Shown piece after piece: positions 9,136 through 20,032 of a stretch of 64,000 nt of DNA. Both the position numbers and the translations under genes were made by a program. The notes under the pieces are model-generated. The model did not search any database. It worked only from the letters and a program-made list of their open reading frames with translations, and was not told the origin of the DNA. Numbering within the stretch: the first letter of the stretch is position 1; every line of letters begins with the position of its first letter. This DNA is from an uncultured virus (IMG/VR IMGVR_UViG_3300017722_003044) (taxonomy: Duplodnaviria; Heunggongvirae; Uroviricota; Caudoviricetes): the IMG/VR virus record IMGVR_UViG_3300017722_003044. One strand, 5' to 3'.

Positions 9136-10700
9136 TGAGATATATCAAAAGACAGACCACTAATTCACAAACATTTGGCGGACGAGGCATCAATTATGAT
9201 GCTCAAGAACTCACAGTGATAGACAGTGCTAGTGCATTGTTGTTGCCCAAAGGCACCACTGGAGCAAGGCCCACTGCACAAGAAGGCATGATCCGTTACA
9301 ATACCACCACACAAAATTTTGAAGCCTATGAAGCAAGTGCTGCATTTGGAACTCCTGGTTGGAAAAAATTTAGAACAGATGAACCCAAACTTATTCATGC
9401 ACAAAATTTAGGCAATGGTGACAACGTGGAAAAATTATTTGGACCATTGGATGCCAATGATGCTGCAACTCCAGTGCCCAGCGCACCAGCACAAGTGTTG
9501 TGTATGGTGGAAAACGTGTTGCAGATTCCCACTACCAACTATACATTCTTACAAAATCCTTGCTATGTCAGCAGCAATGTTATATCATTTTGGGCCAACA
9601 TTGCCACGTCAGGCAAAACTGGTGCAGGTGCATTTGCTCCTGGCGTTTCAGCCATGTTCAGCAACAATTCAGCAATAGTAAATTTTTCCACTGCAGGATT
9701 TTACGTGGGGCAAACTATTTTTGTATCAGGCAGCACCAACAACAGAGGATTTTTCACAGTGGCATCTGTTTCTGCTACTTTTTTATCAATCAACCAAGCA
9801 TTTATAAATGAAAACGATCCTGGCTATGGCACAGTATCAACTGTAGAAGGATTAGTGAATCAATCAGTGCAGACTGGCACTTATACACAAACATTGGACT
9901 CCACAGCAGACACAATACAGATCAGCAGCACCGCAGGATTAGAAGTGGACAACATGATTATATTTGATACCACTTCAGGCAACATTGTGGCAGACACCAT
10001 ATATTTTGTAAAAACTATCAATGCAGGAGCCAATCAGATCACCATCAGCGCCACAGCAGGAGGCAGCACATTTGACTTGTTAGATGCCAATACTCCCGGC
10101 AACTGGTGTGCTGGAGTGGGCTATGGCAGACAACCATCCGGTAGTTCTGTTGCCACTGACACTTTTGCTCCGCAAACATTGACCACCACAGCAGCTTCAG
10201 GCAATGGTGCCACAGCTACTTTGTCATTTGCTACACAAGCATTGCCTCCGTTCTACGTGGGACAAACTATTTCAATTTCTGGAGTGACACCCAGCGGCTA
10301 TGTGCCTGTAGGAAACACAGCCGTGGTCACAGCATGCACAGTGAGTTCTGTGAGCTACAGCAATATCACCACAGGTGCACAAACAGTAGCGGGCACTGTG
10401 ACTGCAGCAGGCAATGCAATCACATTGAACAGTACTGCAGGTATGTCAGTAGGTCAAGAAATTAGTTTTGTAGGCACAAACTTTGGAAATTTAGTTGATC
10501 AAACCACTTATTTTATAAAACAAATACTGGATGGCACACATTTGACCATCAGTGCTACCTACGGTGGTTCTGTGTTTGTTTTAACTCTTGCAGCAGGCTA
10601 CATGCAAGTGTCCACATTGGGTAATAACCTGTATGTTAATTTCGGCTCCCCAGTGCCTTCAGGCAAGCCTGTGACTGTGCTGCACAATTTTGACAAATAG
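9135..10700 (+). CDS. Virion structural/fibre-like protein with repeated beta modules
   Basis: LPKGTTGARP...GMIRYNTT..NFEAYE motif and two T.YF.K.I......TISAT.GGS.F.L repeats. TAATG coupling with the upstream gene. Confidence 0.7.
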   Translation: MRYIKRQTTNSQTFGGRGINYDAQELTVIDSASALLLPKGTTGARPTAQEGMIRYNTTTQNFEAYEASAAFGTPGWKKFRTDEPKLIHAQNLGNGDNVEKLFGPLDANDAATPVPSAPAQVLCMVENVLQIPTTNYTFLQNPCYVSSNVISFWANIATSGKTGAGAFAPGVSAMFSNNSAIVNFSTAGFYVGQTIFVSGSTNNRGFFTVASVSATFLSINQAFINENDPGYGTVSTVEGLVNQSVQTGTYTQTLDSTADTIQISSTAGLEVDNMIIFDTTSGNIVADTIYFVKTINAGANQITISATAGGSTFDLLDANTPGNWCAGVGYGRQPSGSSVATDTFAPQTLTTTAASGNGATATLSFATQALPPFYVGQTISISGVTPSGYVPVGNTAVVTACTVSSVSYSNITTGAQTVAGTVTAAGNAITLNSTAGMSVGQEISFVGTNFGNLVDQTTYFIKQILDGTHLTISATYGGSVFVLTLAAGYMQVSTLGNNLYVNFGSPVPSGKPVTVLHNFDK

Positions 10701-10746
10701 CATTTGCACATCCTAAAATAAATACAATACAAAACAAGGAAATTAA

Positions 10747-13605
10747 ATGTCAGTAGGACGTATCTCAGGGCCACTATTACGCAGCAATCTACAACGCTCA
10801 GATGATCTTGCATTTGAAACTGACCTGTTGTACATCAATCACAGTGGCAACAGGATAGGTATTAGGAACGACGCACCAACTAGAACGTTGTTAGTGAATG
10901 GCATGACTCGTAACAATGCTGGTCTCACAGCCATCAACACTGCCACATTTGGCAACATGCTGTTTCAAAATAGTAGTATATCTGCACAGACTGGTCCTAT
11001 ATCTATTACTTCTGGTGGCACTATTGCCACTCCAGAATTACGTGTAGGTGATTTGTATTTCAGCAACAATAAATTAGGAACCTATACCACCAACACAAAT
11101 TTACAATTGCAAGCCAATCAATCCGGCTATGTTGATATACCCTCAAACGTAGAAGTGTATGGCAGCATCAATGCCACTGGTAACATTGTGGCAGATGGCA
11201 ACACCGTGATAGGTAATGACAGCACAGATTCTTTAATCATAGGAGCAGATATTAATTCCAACATGATACCAGATGTAACCACTACCTACAACATAGGATC
11301 ATCTGCCAGCAGACAATGGGGTGACACATTTGCTCAAACAGGCAGTGTGGCTGGTGATATTGCTGTGAGCAATTTGTTCAGTATTGGAGGCATCACTGTA
11401 AATTTACCCATCAACAATACCTATTATGTCAGCAGTGGAGGTCTAGACACCAATCCAGGACAGACTGTATCATTTGCCTTTGCCTCAGTGGAGCAAGCTC
11501 TATTGGCAGCTACCACAGCAGGTGGCAACAATCTAATTATGATCCTGCCTGGTGTGTACACGGAAACTTTTCCTTTGAATATGCCTGCTAATACCACCAT
11601 CAAAGGCAGCAGTATGAGATCAGTAAAAATAATACCCACAACCAGCTCACAAAGTCAGGATGCATTTTTAATGAATGATGGTTGTATGATCAGCGATATC
11701 ACTGTGTCAAATTTTTATTACAGCAGTGCTACCAACACAGGACATGCTTTTAGATTCAAGAACAACATCAACATTACATCAAAATCTCCCTATGTACAAA
11801 ATGTCAGTGTGATCACACAAGGATCAGCAACTTCTGCTGGCGATCCCAGAGGTTTCAATGCAGGAGATGCAGGCAAAGGCGCATTGGTGGATGGCAGTGT
11901 GGCAAATTCGGCCAGTAACAAAGCCAGCATGTTGTTCAACGCAGTGACTTTTATTACGCCAGGAGTGGATGCAATCACTATGAAAAACGGCGTGCGAGTG
12001 GAATGGATAGATTGTTTCACATATTTTGCCAATCGCAGTTTGTATGCCATCAACGGGGCCACTGGTTTTGCCAATCTTGGAGTGTTGTTTGGTGCTGAAG
12101 TAAGAGTGATTGCCAGTGCATCTGTGTATGGCAACAAAGGTGCAGAAGCAGACGGCGCTGCAACTTTGATGTATCTGATCAATCACAACATGGCCTATGT
12201 GGGATCTGGCAAAGATGTGACCAACGATAGAAGTTTAGCCATTCAATCACAGGAAACTGTGGAACTTAACGCGGGAAAAATATATTATCAAAGTCAAGAT
12301 CATAATGGAAATTTTAGAGTGGGTGATACATTTTCTGTGGATTTCAACACAGGATTTATAAATCTTGACAATCTTTCAACAGTCACATTCACAGGATCCA
12401 GTCTCACAATAGGACTGCCTGGTGCACAAACCTTTGTGGATGGGAACAAAATTTTATTGCCTAATTTCACAGTGTCTGGTAACAGCATTAGAAGTGGTAT
12501 CAATCAAGTGGATATTGCATCTGCCAACGGCACTATTAATTTTTTAACCAACACCAACATCATTCAAAATCTTGATGTGTCTGGTAATTTTACCGTGGGT
12601 GGCAGTTTAACTAATCTAGGTAATCAAGTGTCAGATACCATTGACTTTGAAATGGAATTTGTCAGTGATATTCTACCAGCCACGAATAATCTTTACAATT
12701 TAGGATCCAACAGTAAAAATTGGGACAATGTGTATGCTAGACAATTCAATGTGGGCAATATCACAATGACAGATAATTATATTGCTGCCAATCAAGGCAA
12801 TCAAAATCTTGTGATTCAAGCCAATGGCACAGGCAAAGTGACTGTGGACAATTTGCGATTTGACAGTGTGGTGGACAGTTCAACCGGCAATATCAACATC
12901 AATAACAGCACTAGGAACACTAATTTCTCTGGTAAAGCCATAAAATTACCCGCGGGTAATGCAGCTCAAAGACCTGCTGTGGCTGCTGATTTGCGGTATA
13001 ATTCAGTGTCAGGACAGTTTGAAGGTTACAACACAAATGTGGTGTTGTTGGGCGGTGTGAAAGATTTGGATGGTGACACCAGAATTGAACTCAACAGCGA
13101 TCAATTTTATTTCTATGCCAATGGAGTTAACACTGGAAGAATAGACACTGCAGGCAATTTGATAGTGAATCGTTTTCACAGTCAATCACAATTTGCATTG
13201 GACAACAACACAGTCACAGTAGGTTCGGCCACTGCAGGCACTGTGGCTGCTTTGACTGCCAACGGCACAGGAGTGGTGCGTTTTGACACCAGCAATTATG
13301 TGTTCAACAGTGGCAGCATACGCAACACAGGCACCAACAGTGACATGCTGTTTCAAATGACAGGTGTACAAAAAGAACAATATGTGCATGTGAGTGCCAA
13401 TGAAAAAGGAATACGTTTGCCTTATGGAACCACAGCTCAAAGAAATCCTGGAGTGATAGGTGAACTGTACTGGAACACAACCACCAATAATTTGCAGGTG
13501 TATGGTGGAGCTGCATGGGGCAGCGCATCAGGGGCCAGCGGCACCATAGTGCCTCTGTATCAAGTGGAAGAAATCAACTTGATTTACAATTTAATTCTAG
13601 CTTAA
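10747..13605 (+). CDS. Large fibre/spike-like structural protein (952 aa) with pectin-lyase-like beta-helix region
   Basis: YYVS..G.D, PGVYTETFP, SPYVQNVS, GNFRVGD and LP.G..AQR repeats. Paralogue of the next gene. Confidence 0.75.
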   Translation: MSVGRISGPLLRSNLQRSDDLAFETDLLYINHSGNRIGIRNDAPTRTLLVNGMTRNNAGLTAINTATFGNMLFQNSSISAQTGPISITSGGTIATPELRVGDLYFSNNKLGTYTTNTNLQLQANQSGYVDIPSNVEVYGSINATGNIVADGNTVIGNDSTDSLIIGADINSNMIPDVTTTYNIGSSASRQWGDTFAQTGSVAGDIAVSNLFSIGGITVNLPINNTYYVSSGGLDTNPGQTVSFAFASVEQALLAATTAGGNNLIMILPGVYTETFPLNMPANTTIKGSSMRSVKIIPTTSSQSQDAFLMNDGCMISDITVSNFYYSSATNTGHAFRFKNNINITSKSPYVQNVSVITQGSATSAGDPRGFNAGDAGKGALVDGSVANSASNKASMLFNAVTFITPGVDAITMKNGVRVEWIDCFTYFANRSLYAINGATGFANLGVLFGAEVRVIASASVYGNKGAEADGAATLMYLINHNMAYVGSGKDVTNDRSLAIQSQETVELNAGKIYYQSQDHNGNFRVGDTFSVDFNTGFINLDNLSTVTFTGSSLTIGLPGAQTFVDGNKILLPNFTVSGNSIRSGINQVDIASANGTINFLTNTNIIQNLDVSGNFTVGGSLTNLGNQVSDTIDFEMEFVSDILPATNNLYNLGSNSKNWDNVYARQFNVGNITMTDNYIAANQGNQNLVIQANGTGKVTVDNLRFDSVVDSSTGNININNSTRNTNFSGKAIKLPAGNAAQRPAVAADLRYNSVSGQFEGYNTNVVLLGGVKDLDGDTRIELNSDQFYFYANGVNTGRIDTAGNLIVNRFHSQSQFALDNNTVTVGSATAGTVAALTANGTGVVRFDTSNYVFNSGSIRNTGTNSDMLFQMTGVQKEQYVHVSANEKGIRLPYGTTAQRNPGVIGELYWNTTTNNLQVYGGAAWGSASGASGTIVPLYQVEEINLIYNLILA

Positions 13606-13642
13606 CAGAACTAAAACCACCAAAATCAATAAATACAACTAA

Positions 13643-13745
13643 TGCCACAATCCGACCAAGATTGAGCAGGACAAACCGTGGTCAACCAGCGAAGAACCTT
13701 TGCATTAAAAAAGGGTGAAAACTAGGTTGGTGGCACAAGGATGCC
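13643..13745 (+). ncRNA. Candidate structured RNA in a long late 5' leader (possible pseudoknot)
   Basis: Several complementary segments between TAAATA (13630-13635) and the SD of gene 13764. See findings. Confidence 0.45.
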
Positions 13746-13763
13746 CGTTAAAAGGAGAATAGC

Positions 13764-16700
13764 ATGGCCGTTGGTCGAATTTCCGGTCAGCTCTTGAAGG
13801 ATAACTTGATCCGTTCCACGCTACCAGTGGCGGAACAAAACATTGCCTTTGAGACTGATCTGTTATATATTGATATAATAAATTCCAGGATCGGTATAAA
13901 AACTGCCAGTCCTCAGTATCCTTTAGACGTTGTAGGAACCATCAGAACCACCAATTTAGAAGTGCCCGGTGTCAGCACCGTAAACAATCTCACTTTGTCT
14001 GGATCCAGCATCACCACTTCAGCGCCTATTTTATCCCTAGCATCGCCTGACAAAATATTGTACAACAATGCTATCCTAGTGGATGATTTACAAATATCCA
14101 ACAACACTATTGAAGTGACCACCAGCAATATGAACCTTGAACTGCGCCCCAATGGCACAGGCATCACTGAAATTTACAGCAATGTGGAAGTGACTGGCAA
14201 TATACATGCCACTGGCAGCATCACTGCAGATGGTAACATCACCATAGGAAATCAAAACACTGATAATTTGGTCATCAATGCAGACATAGCCAGCAATATG
14301 ATTCCCAATGTGACCGACACATACAATTTGGGCAGTGCAGGAAAAAGATGGAATGAATTTTTCACACAAGATTTAACAGTGGACAACATCACTGTGGGCG
14401 GCAACGTCACAGTGGGTGGATTAGATCTTACATCAGTGCCAGGTAATATTATATACGTGGCCACCAATGGTGATAACGCCAACGCAGGACTGCATCAAAA
14501 CGATCCAGTGTTAACCATACAACAAGCAATCACATTGGCTTCATCAGGAGATCTGATACACATATATCCCGGCACATACACAGAAACGTTTCCCATCACT
14601 GTGCCTGTGGGAGTCACCATCAAAGGAGAATCTTTGAGATCAGTGTTGATTCAACCCACTGGTGGCACGATTGATCAAAACGCTTTTATATTGAATGGTG
14701 AAACCACTATAGAAGACCTCACAGTAGCAAATTTCCGTTTCAACTCTGGAGCCAACAGAGGTTATGCTTTTAGATATGCTAGCTCATTCACAGTGACCTC
14801 ACGTTCACCTTACATTAGAAATGTTAGTGTGATCACACAAGGATCTGTGACCAGTGGCGCGGATCCTAGAGGTTTCAATGCAGGAGATGCAGGCAAAGGC
14901 GCCTATCTAGATGGTAGTTTGGCCACAGCAGGCAGCAACGAAGCCAGCTGTTTGTTTCAAAATTGCACATTTATAACTCCAGGAGTGGATGCTATAACCA
15001 TGACCAATGGAGTGAGAGTGGAGTGGCTAAATTCATTTACATATTTTGCCAATCGTAGTTTGTATGCCATAGATGGAGCCACTGGACTCAAGGGCACAGG
15101 TCGCACATTGCTAAAAGTGGCGGGACTAGCAGGAGCCGCTGTGACAACAGGACAAACTATCACGTACTATGACACGGATAATTCTACAGTGTTGGGCACA
15201 GGAACCATTGCCACCGTGGACAGCAATATATTTTATCTCACAGGCAAAATCACAGGATTTCAAAATGCTGTCAACAGACTGCCTAAAATAATCACAGTCA
15301 ATGGCAATGCTCAATTGAGCACTGCTCAACTGAAATATGGCACAGCCAGTTTATTGTTGGATGGCACAGGTGATTATCTCACTGTATCCACCAATCCAGA
15401 CTTTGGTTATGCATCTGGTAATTTTACCATTGAATTCTGGTTAAGACGCACTGCTGTGGGCAATCAAGTGATCATGGATCAAAGGTCAGCAGCAGCACTC
15501 AATAATCCTATGATTCACATTGATGGAGGAGTGCTAAAATATTATGCTGCTGCTGCCAATAGAATCACTGGCGCCACCACTATCAATATCAACACTTGGT
15601 ATCATGTGGCAGTGTGTAAAAACAGTGGCACAACAAGATTATTTTTGAATGGCACACAGGAAGGCAGTTCCTACACAGATTCCAACAACTATGGTGCTAC
15701 ATCTATTTTGACCATAGGTGCAGACTACTTGTATGCAAATGCATTGCCAGGTTATTTGGATGATATTAGAATCACCAAGGCAGCATTGTACACAAGTACT
15801 TTTGCAACACCTGCGGCTGAGTTAAGCAACACGCCCCACACAAAACTATTGTTGAATTTTAATGGCGCAAATGCTTCAACCTCTATCTCAGACACTGTGA
15901 CAGGAGCACAATACATCAGTTTTTCGGGAGGAGCCACTGCAGAAAGATTTGTTAATGTAGATTATACCGATTTTGGTGCTGAAATTAGAAGCATAGCATC
16001 AGCTTCAGTGTATGGCAATTATGGAGCATATGGTTCGGGAGTAGGCGTTCTAATGTATCTAGTAGGACACAATTTTGCCTACATAGGCAATGGCAAAGAA
16101 GTCAGCAATGATCCTGCCACAGTGATTCAAGCCAATGAAGTAGTGGAGATATCTAATGCAAGAATATTTTATAGTTCTGTGGATCAACGAGGCAATTTTA
16201 GAGTGGGTGATCTGTTCACTGTGGATCAAGACACTGGTTCAGTTTCATTCACGGCAGCATCCACGGTGTTGTCTCAAGGCACAGCATTAACATTTATTTC
16301 GGGTGGTCACACCACAGTGATCAATGGCACATTGATTCAACAAGACAATGTGAGATTGAGTGGCAACACTATTGAAAGCACATCAGGAGCATTGAATTTG
16401 GATGCTGACAATGGACAAATAAATCTATTGGATAACGTTAATATCTCAGGAAATTTGGATGTAACAGGTAATGTGACCATAGGAGGCAACATCACTATTG
16501 GAGATCAAACCACTGATACTTTAAGTATTGTGGCAGCCGTGGCCAGCGATATAATTCCACAAACCACAAACACTTATAATTTAGGTAGTGCAGCAAAAAA
16601 TTGGAACACTGTGTTCAGTTCAACTATCAATGTGGATGGCAATATAAGAATTGAAAACAATTTAATCACTACACAGACCACCAATTCAAATCTACAGCTG

Positions 16701-17489
16701 AGTGGTGCAGGTACTGGCAGTGTGGAAATAGAAAACTTTAGAATCAACGACAACACCATCAGTAATCTCACTGGAGATATCACTTTCACTCCTGCCACAG
16801 GAGTAACTGTGTTCACAGGCACAGGCAGTATGAGATTGCCTGCAGGCAGCACCGCCAATAGACCAGCGTCACCACAAACAGGCATGATTAGATACAACAC
16901 TGACAATAACTTGTTTGAAGGTTATGACGGCAGCTGGACTGTGTTGCAAGGTGTGTATGATTTAGATCGTAACACCTACATAACTCCGGAGCTCACTCCA
17001 GGAGCCAACGACAACACCATTAGATTCTACAGCAACAGTGCATTGGTGGCAGATGTCAACAGCACCAGATTTGATGTGAACACATTGCAAGTGGACAGTA
17101 TTAACATATCAGGCAACACTCTGACCACCACTGGAGCGAATCAAGATCTGATCCTAAATGCTAATGGCACTGGTTTCATAAGAATAGAAAATTTAAACTT
17201 TCAAAACAACACCATTACCAACTATGTGAGCAATGCTCCCATTGTGTTGGAAACCACTGGAGATGGCTATGTGGATGTGAGTCAGGCTGGTGGCTTAAGA
17301 ATACCCTATGGTATAGGAGCTACCAGGCCCTCAGCGCCTGTGATTGGTATCACTAGATACAACACACAGGATCTGCAAGTGGAGATCTACGACGGTAATA
17401 GCTGGGTTTCTGTGGCTGGCGCAGGGGGTGGAGTCAGTGTATTGGGCGCAGAGGAATTATCGATTAAATACGCATTAACATTAGGATAA
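13764..17489 (+). CDS. Large fibre/spike-like structural protein (1241 aa) with beta-helix region and LamG/concanavalin-like domain
   Basis: N-terminus shared with 10747. SLLLDGTGDYL...FTIEFW...WYHVAVCK...RLFLNG...GYLDDIRITK is a LamG-type signature. Confidence 0.8.
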   Translation: MAVGRISGQLLKDNLIRSTLPVAEQNIAFETDLLYIDIINSRIGIKTASPQYPLDVVGTIRTTNLEVPGVSTVNNLTLSGSSITTSAPILSLASPDKILYNNAILVDDLQISNNTIEVTTSNMNLELRPNGTGITEIYSNVEVTGNIHATGSITADGNITIGNQNTDNLVINADIASNMIPNVTDTYNLGSAGKRWNEFFTQDLTVDNITVGGNVTVGGLDLTSVPGNIIYVATNGDNANAGLHQNDPVLTIQQAITLASSGDLIHIYPGTYTETFPITVPVGVTIKGESLRSVLIQPTGGTIDQNAFILNGETTIEDLTVANFRFNSGANRGYAFRYASSFTVTSRSPYIRNVSVITQGSVTSGADPRGFNAGDAGKGAYLDGSLATAGSNEASCLFQNCTFITPGVDAITMTNGVRVEWLNSFTYFANRSLYAIDGATGLKGTGRTLLKVAGLAGAAVTTGQTITYYDTDNSTVLGTGTIATVDSNIFYLTGKITGFQNAVNRLPKIITVNGNAQLSTAQLKYGTASLLLDGTGDYLTVSTNPDFGYASGNFTIEFWLRRTAVGNQVIMDQRSAAALNNPMIHIDGGVLKYYAAAANRITGATTININTWYHVAVCKNSGTTRLFLNGTQEGSSYTDSNNYGATSILTIGADYLYANALPGYLDDIRITKAALYTSTFATPAAELSNTPHTKLLLNFNGANASTSISDTVTGAQYISFSGGATAERFVNVDYTDFGAEIRSIASASVYGNYGAYGSGVGVLMYLVGHNFAYIGNGKEVSNDPATVIQANEVVEISNARIFYSSVDQRGNFRVGDLFTVDQDTGSVSFTAASTVLSQGTALTFISGGHTTVINGTLIQQDNVRLSGNTIESTSGALNLDADNGQINLLDNVNISGNLDVTGNVTIGGNITIGDQTTDTLSIVAAVASDIIPQTTNTYNLGSAAKNWNTVFSSTINVDGNIRIENNLITTQTTNSNLQLSGAGTGSVEIENFRINDNTISNLTGDITFTPATGVTVFTGTGSMRLPAGSTANRPASPQTGMIRYNTDNNLFEGYDGSWTVLQGVYDLDRNTYITPELTPGANDNTIRFYSNSALVADVNSTRFDVNTLQVDSINISGNTLTTTGANQDLILNANGTGFIRIENLNFQNNTITNYVSNAPIVLETTGDGYVDVSQAGGLRIPYGIGATRPSAPVIGITRYNTQDLQVEIYDGNSWVSVAGAGGGVSVLGAEELSIKYALTLG

Positions 17490-17495
17490 ACAATT

Positions 17496-17825
17496 ATGGC
17501 AACAGCGTTTAAAAATAAAATATCAACTCAAATAGGCACCAGTCCTGTGAAGATTTACGAAGCACCTGTGGGTGTTAGCACCACTATACTTGGCATGAGT
17601 TTGAGCAATATCACAGGAGGTATTATCACTGCCAGCGTGTTTGTACAAGATGACACCAGTGCTCAAGCATTTTTTATAAAAAATGTGCAGATAGCCACAG
17701 GCAGCAGTTTGCGTGTGGTAACCAGTGGTGAAAAATTAATTATTCCTGCCAACTATGATCTGTTTGTTGAAAGCAACACAGCAGCATCATTGGATGTGGT
17801 GTTGAGCTATGTGGAGATAAACTAA
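17496..17825 (+). CDS. Small structural protein (109 aa), paralogue of 8812 and 31509
   Basis: IYEAP...TTILGMSLSN...GEKLII...LDVVLSYVE. Confidence 0.7.
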   Translation: MATAFKNKISTQIGTSPVKIYEAPVGVSTTILGMSLSNITGGIITASVFVQDDTSAQAFFIKNVQIATGSSLRVVTSGEKLIIPANYDLFVESNTAASLDVVLSYVEIN

Positions 17826-17826
17826 T

Positions 17827-18303
17827 ATGCAATACATCGGCCAACCCATTACAAATGCTATCAAAAGCCATAAAGATAGATTTTTTTACGGTTTACGCAG
17901 AACTGATGATGGTGAATTATGGTTGGCCAAAGTAGATCAAATGGCGCCAGGTGACAGTGTGACCATTAATATTCCTGGCTCAGCCAATTACAATTATGAT
18001 GATTGGAATGAAGGACAAGATTTTTTTGATGGACGTGATGTGAATCATGATAAAATTTATCCTAATTTAAAATATGAACAATACAAATGGGATGATATCA
18101 ATCTTTTTTATTACATCAATAGTGAAGGTGAATTGGTTTTGAGAATCAATCACCCCATTGACATGGAAAATCCAGGAGCAGCTGCCAATGCATACACGTA
18201 TCCTAATGTGAATGAAATCCCTGCGTTTACAGGAGCGTCTATCAAATTTGACCAAGATTATGTGACATTTGACAGCAACGAATCTACCTGGGACAGGACT
18301 TAG
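17827..18303 (+). CDS. Hypothetical protein, paralogue of 19669
   Basis: RFFYGLRRTD.GEL.L.KVD, DF..GRDV.H.K.Y.NL.YEQ..WD and YYI.SEG.L.LR.N shared with 19669. Confidence 0.75.
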   Translation: MQYIGQPITNAIKSHKDRFFYGLRRTDDGELWLAKVDQMAPGDSVTINIPGSANYNYDDWNEGQDFFDGRDVNHDKIYPNLKYEQYKWDDINLFYYINSEGELVLRINHPIDMENPGAAANAYTYPNVNEIPAFTGASIKFDQDYVTFDSNESTWDRT

Positions 18304-18354
18304 AAAATATATGTATATTATGGTAAATATTAACAAAAACAAGCAAGGACACAC

Positions 18355-19665
18355 ATGGTAAAACAGATAATCAATGATGGCGTTACACCTAATGATGGAC
18401 AGGGTGATAATCTAAGAGCTGGTGCATTAAAAATAAATTCAAATTTTGACGAGCTATACACAGCGTTGGGTGATGGCATATCTCTCACAGTGATCAACAA
18501 CAATATTATCAGTGCCACTGGTGGCAACAGAATTGCTTTTTATTTTGCCAACCAAGCAGCATTTCCTAATGCTACCACATACCATGGTGCCATAGCACAT
18601 TCACATGCAGATAACGCCATGTATTATGCACATGGAGGAGTTTGGACAAGGATGTTAAGCACAATTTCCAGTATCAATGATTTAGCAGATGTAAACACCA
18701 CTGCAGTTCCTGCAGATGGTCAGGCTTTGCTTTGGAATGCTGCCACTTCCAACTGGATAGCTGGCACAGTGAGTGGTGGTGGTGGTGGTGGTGGTGGAGC
18801 AGGTGTGACCACATTCGTTGCATTGACAGATACCCCAGCCAACTACTCAGGAGCAGCTAATAGATTTGTAAAAGTTAACGCAGCGACCACCGGTTTAGAA
18901 TTTGTGGCAGGCATACAGAGTGCAGATCTCAGTGCCATTTCAATCAATGCATTTTTGGATGTGGACACTGTTACATCAGCACCTTCAGTGGGACAGGTTT
19001 TAAAATGGAACGGCACCAACTGGATACCAGCAGCTGATTCTACTTCAGGTGGAGGTGGCAGCAATGCAGACACATTGGATGGATTTGACAGTTCATATTT
19101 TTTAAATTATGCCAACTTGACCAATACACCAGCAGCAATCTCCTCATTCCTTGCATTATCAGACACTCCAGATAGTTACACATCAGCAGGTAGTAGATTT
19201 GTCAAAGTAAACGCAGGAGCCACTGCATTAGAATTTGCTACAGTTGCAGTGCCATCCACATTGGATGACCTTAGTGATGTGGTGATATCTTCACCCGCAC
19301 AAGGAGACGTGTTGTACTACAACGGCACCAGTTGGGTGAAACAAAATGGTCCTGTAACCAGATGGAGTTTGTCAGCATCAGGAAACGCTGATTATATATT
19401 TACAGGTCCAGGATTTTATGCAGCCACCAACGATCCCACTCTGTATCTGCACAGAGGTCACACATACATATTCATTAACACAGTGATCAGCGTTCATCCT
19501 ATGGAAATAAGAGTGGCTAATGCAGGTGCTGCATACAGCAATGGAGTCACTGGAAATGCCACAGCCACTGTAATATTTCAAGTGCCCATGGACGCTCCCA
19601 GCACACTTTATTATCAATGCACAGTACACAGCGGAATGGGCAACACCATCAACATAGTAACATAA
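18355..19665 (+). CDS. Structural protein with T4 gp9/gp10-like N-terminus
   Basis: NDGQGDNLRAG..KINSNFDELY; repeats of L.DL.DV....P..GQ.L.WN...W and F.AL.DTP..Y......FVKVNA..T.LEF; C-terminal P.DAPSTLYYQCTVHSGMG module. Confidence 0.75.
   Translation: MVKQIINDGVTPNDGQGDNLRAGALKINSNFDELYTALGDGISLTVINNNIISATGGNRIAFYFANQAAFPNATTYHGAIAHSHADNAMYYAHGGVWTRMLSTISSINDLADVNTTAVPADGQALLWNAATSNWIAGTVSGGGGGGGGAGVTTFVALTDTPANYSGAANRFVKVNAATTGLEFVAGIQSADLSAISINAFLDVDTVTSAPSVGQVLKWNGTNWIPAADSTSGGGGSNADTLDGFDSSYFLNYANLTNTPAAISSFLALSDTPDSYTSAGSRFVKVNAGATALEFATVAVPSTLDDLSDVVISSPAQGDVLYYNGTSWVKQNGPVTRWSLSASGNADYIFTGPGFYAATNDPTLYLHRGHTYIFINTVISVHPMEIRVANAGAAYSNGVTGNATATVIFQVPMDAPSTLYYQCTVHSGMGNTINIVT
18775..18798 (+). 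repeat. (GGT)7-GGA poly-glycine tract
   Basis: Seven tandem GGT codons plus GGA encode Gly8. Confidence 0.85.
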
Positions 19666-19668
19666 TAT

Positions 19669-20031
19669 ATGTCAGACAGCAACGAATACATACAACAAAT
19701 AGAAGATACACTGGGTGCCAGCAGATTTTTTTATGGCTTAAGAAGAACTGACCAAGGTGAATTATACTTGGGCAAAGTTGATTTAATGAATACTAACAGC
19801 TCAGATGCATTGCAAATTAATTTGCCAGGTAATCCCAATGAAAATTTGCCCAGTTTTACCAGAGGAGTAGATTTTTTAGAAGGTAGAGATGTGGAGCACA
19901 CCAAAGTTTATGAAAATTTAAATTATGAACAATTTCGTTGGGACAGCAGAAATATTTTGTATTACATTGACTCAGAAGGACAATTAACATTGAGAGTGAA
20001 CGAACCTTACACATATCCGGTAGGAATATAA
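19669..20031 (+). CDS. Hypothetical protein, paralogue of 17827
   Basis: Same conserved motif set as 17827. Confidence 0.75.
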   Translation: MSDSNEYIQQIEDTLGASRFFYGLRRTDQGELYLGKVDLMNTNSSDALQINLPGNPNENLPSFTRGVDFLEGRDVEHTKVYENLNYEQFRWDSRNILYYIDSEGQLTLRVNEPYTYPVGI

Positions 20032-20032
20032 T

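Noticed and set aside
13683..13729. Hammerhead ribozyme (CGAAGA...stem...GAAA resemblance)
   Set aside because: The required CUGANGA core and the third stem with an NUH cleavage site are not present. Kept only as an unclassified structured RNA.
18775..18798. Phase-variable microsatellite
   Set aside because: The trinucleotide unit keeps the frame and simply encodes a poly-Gly linker.
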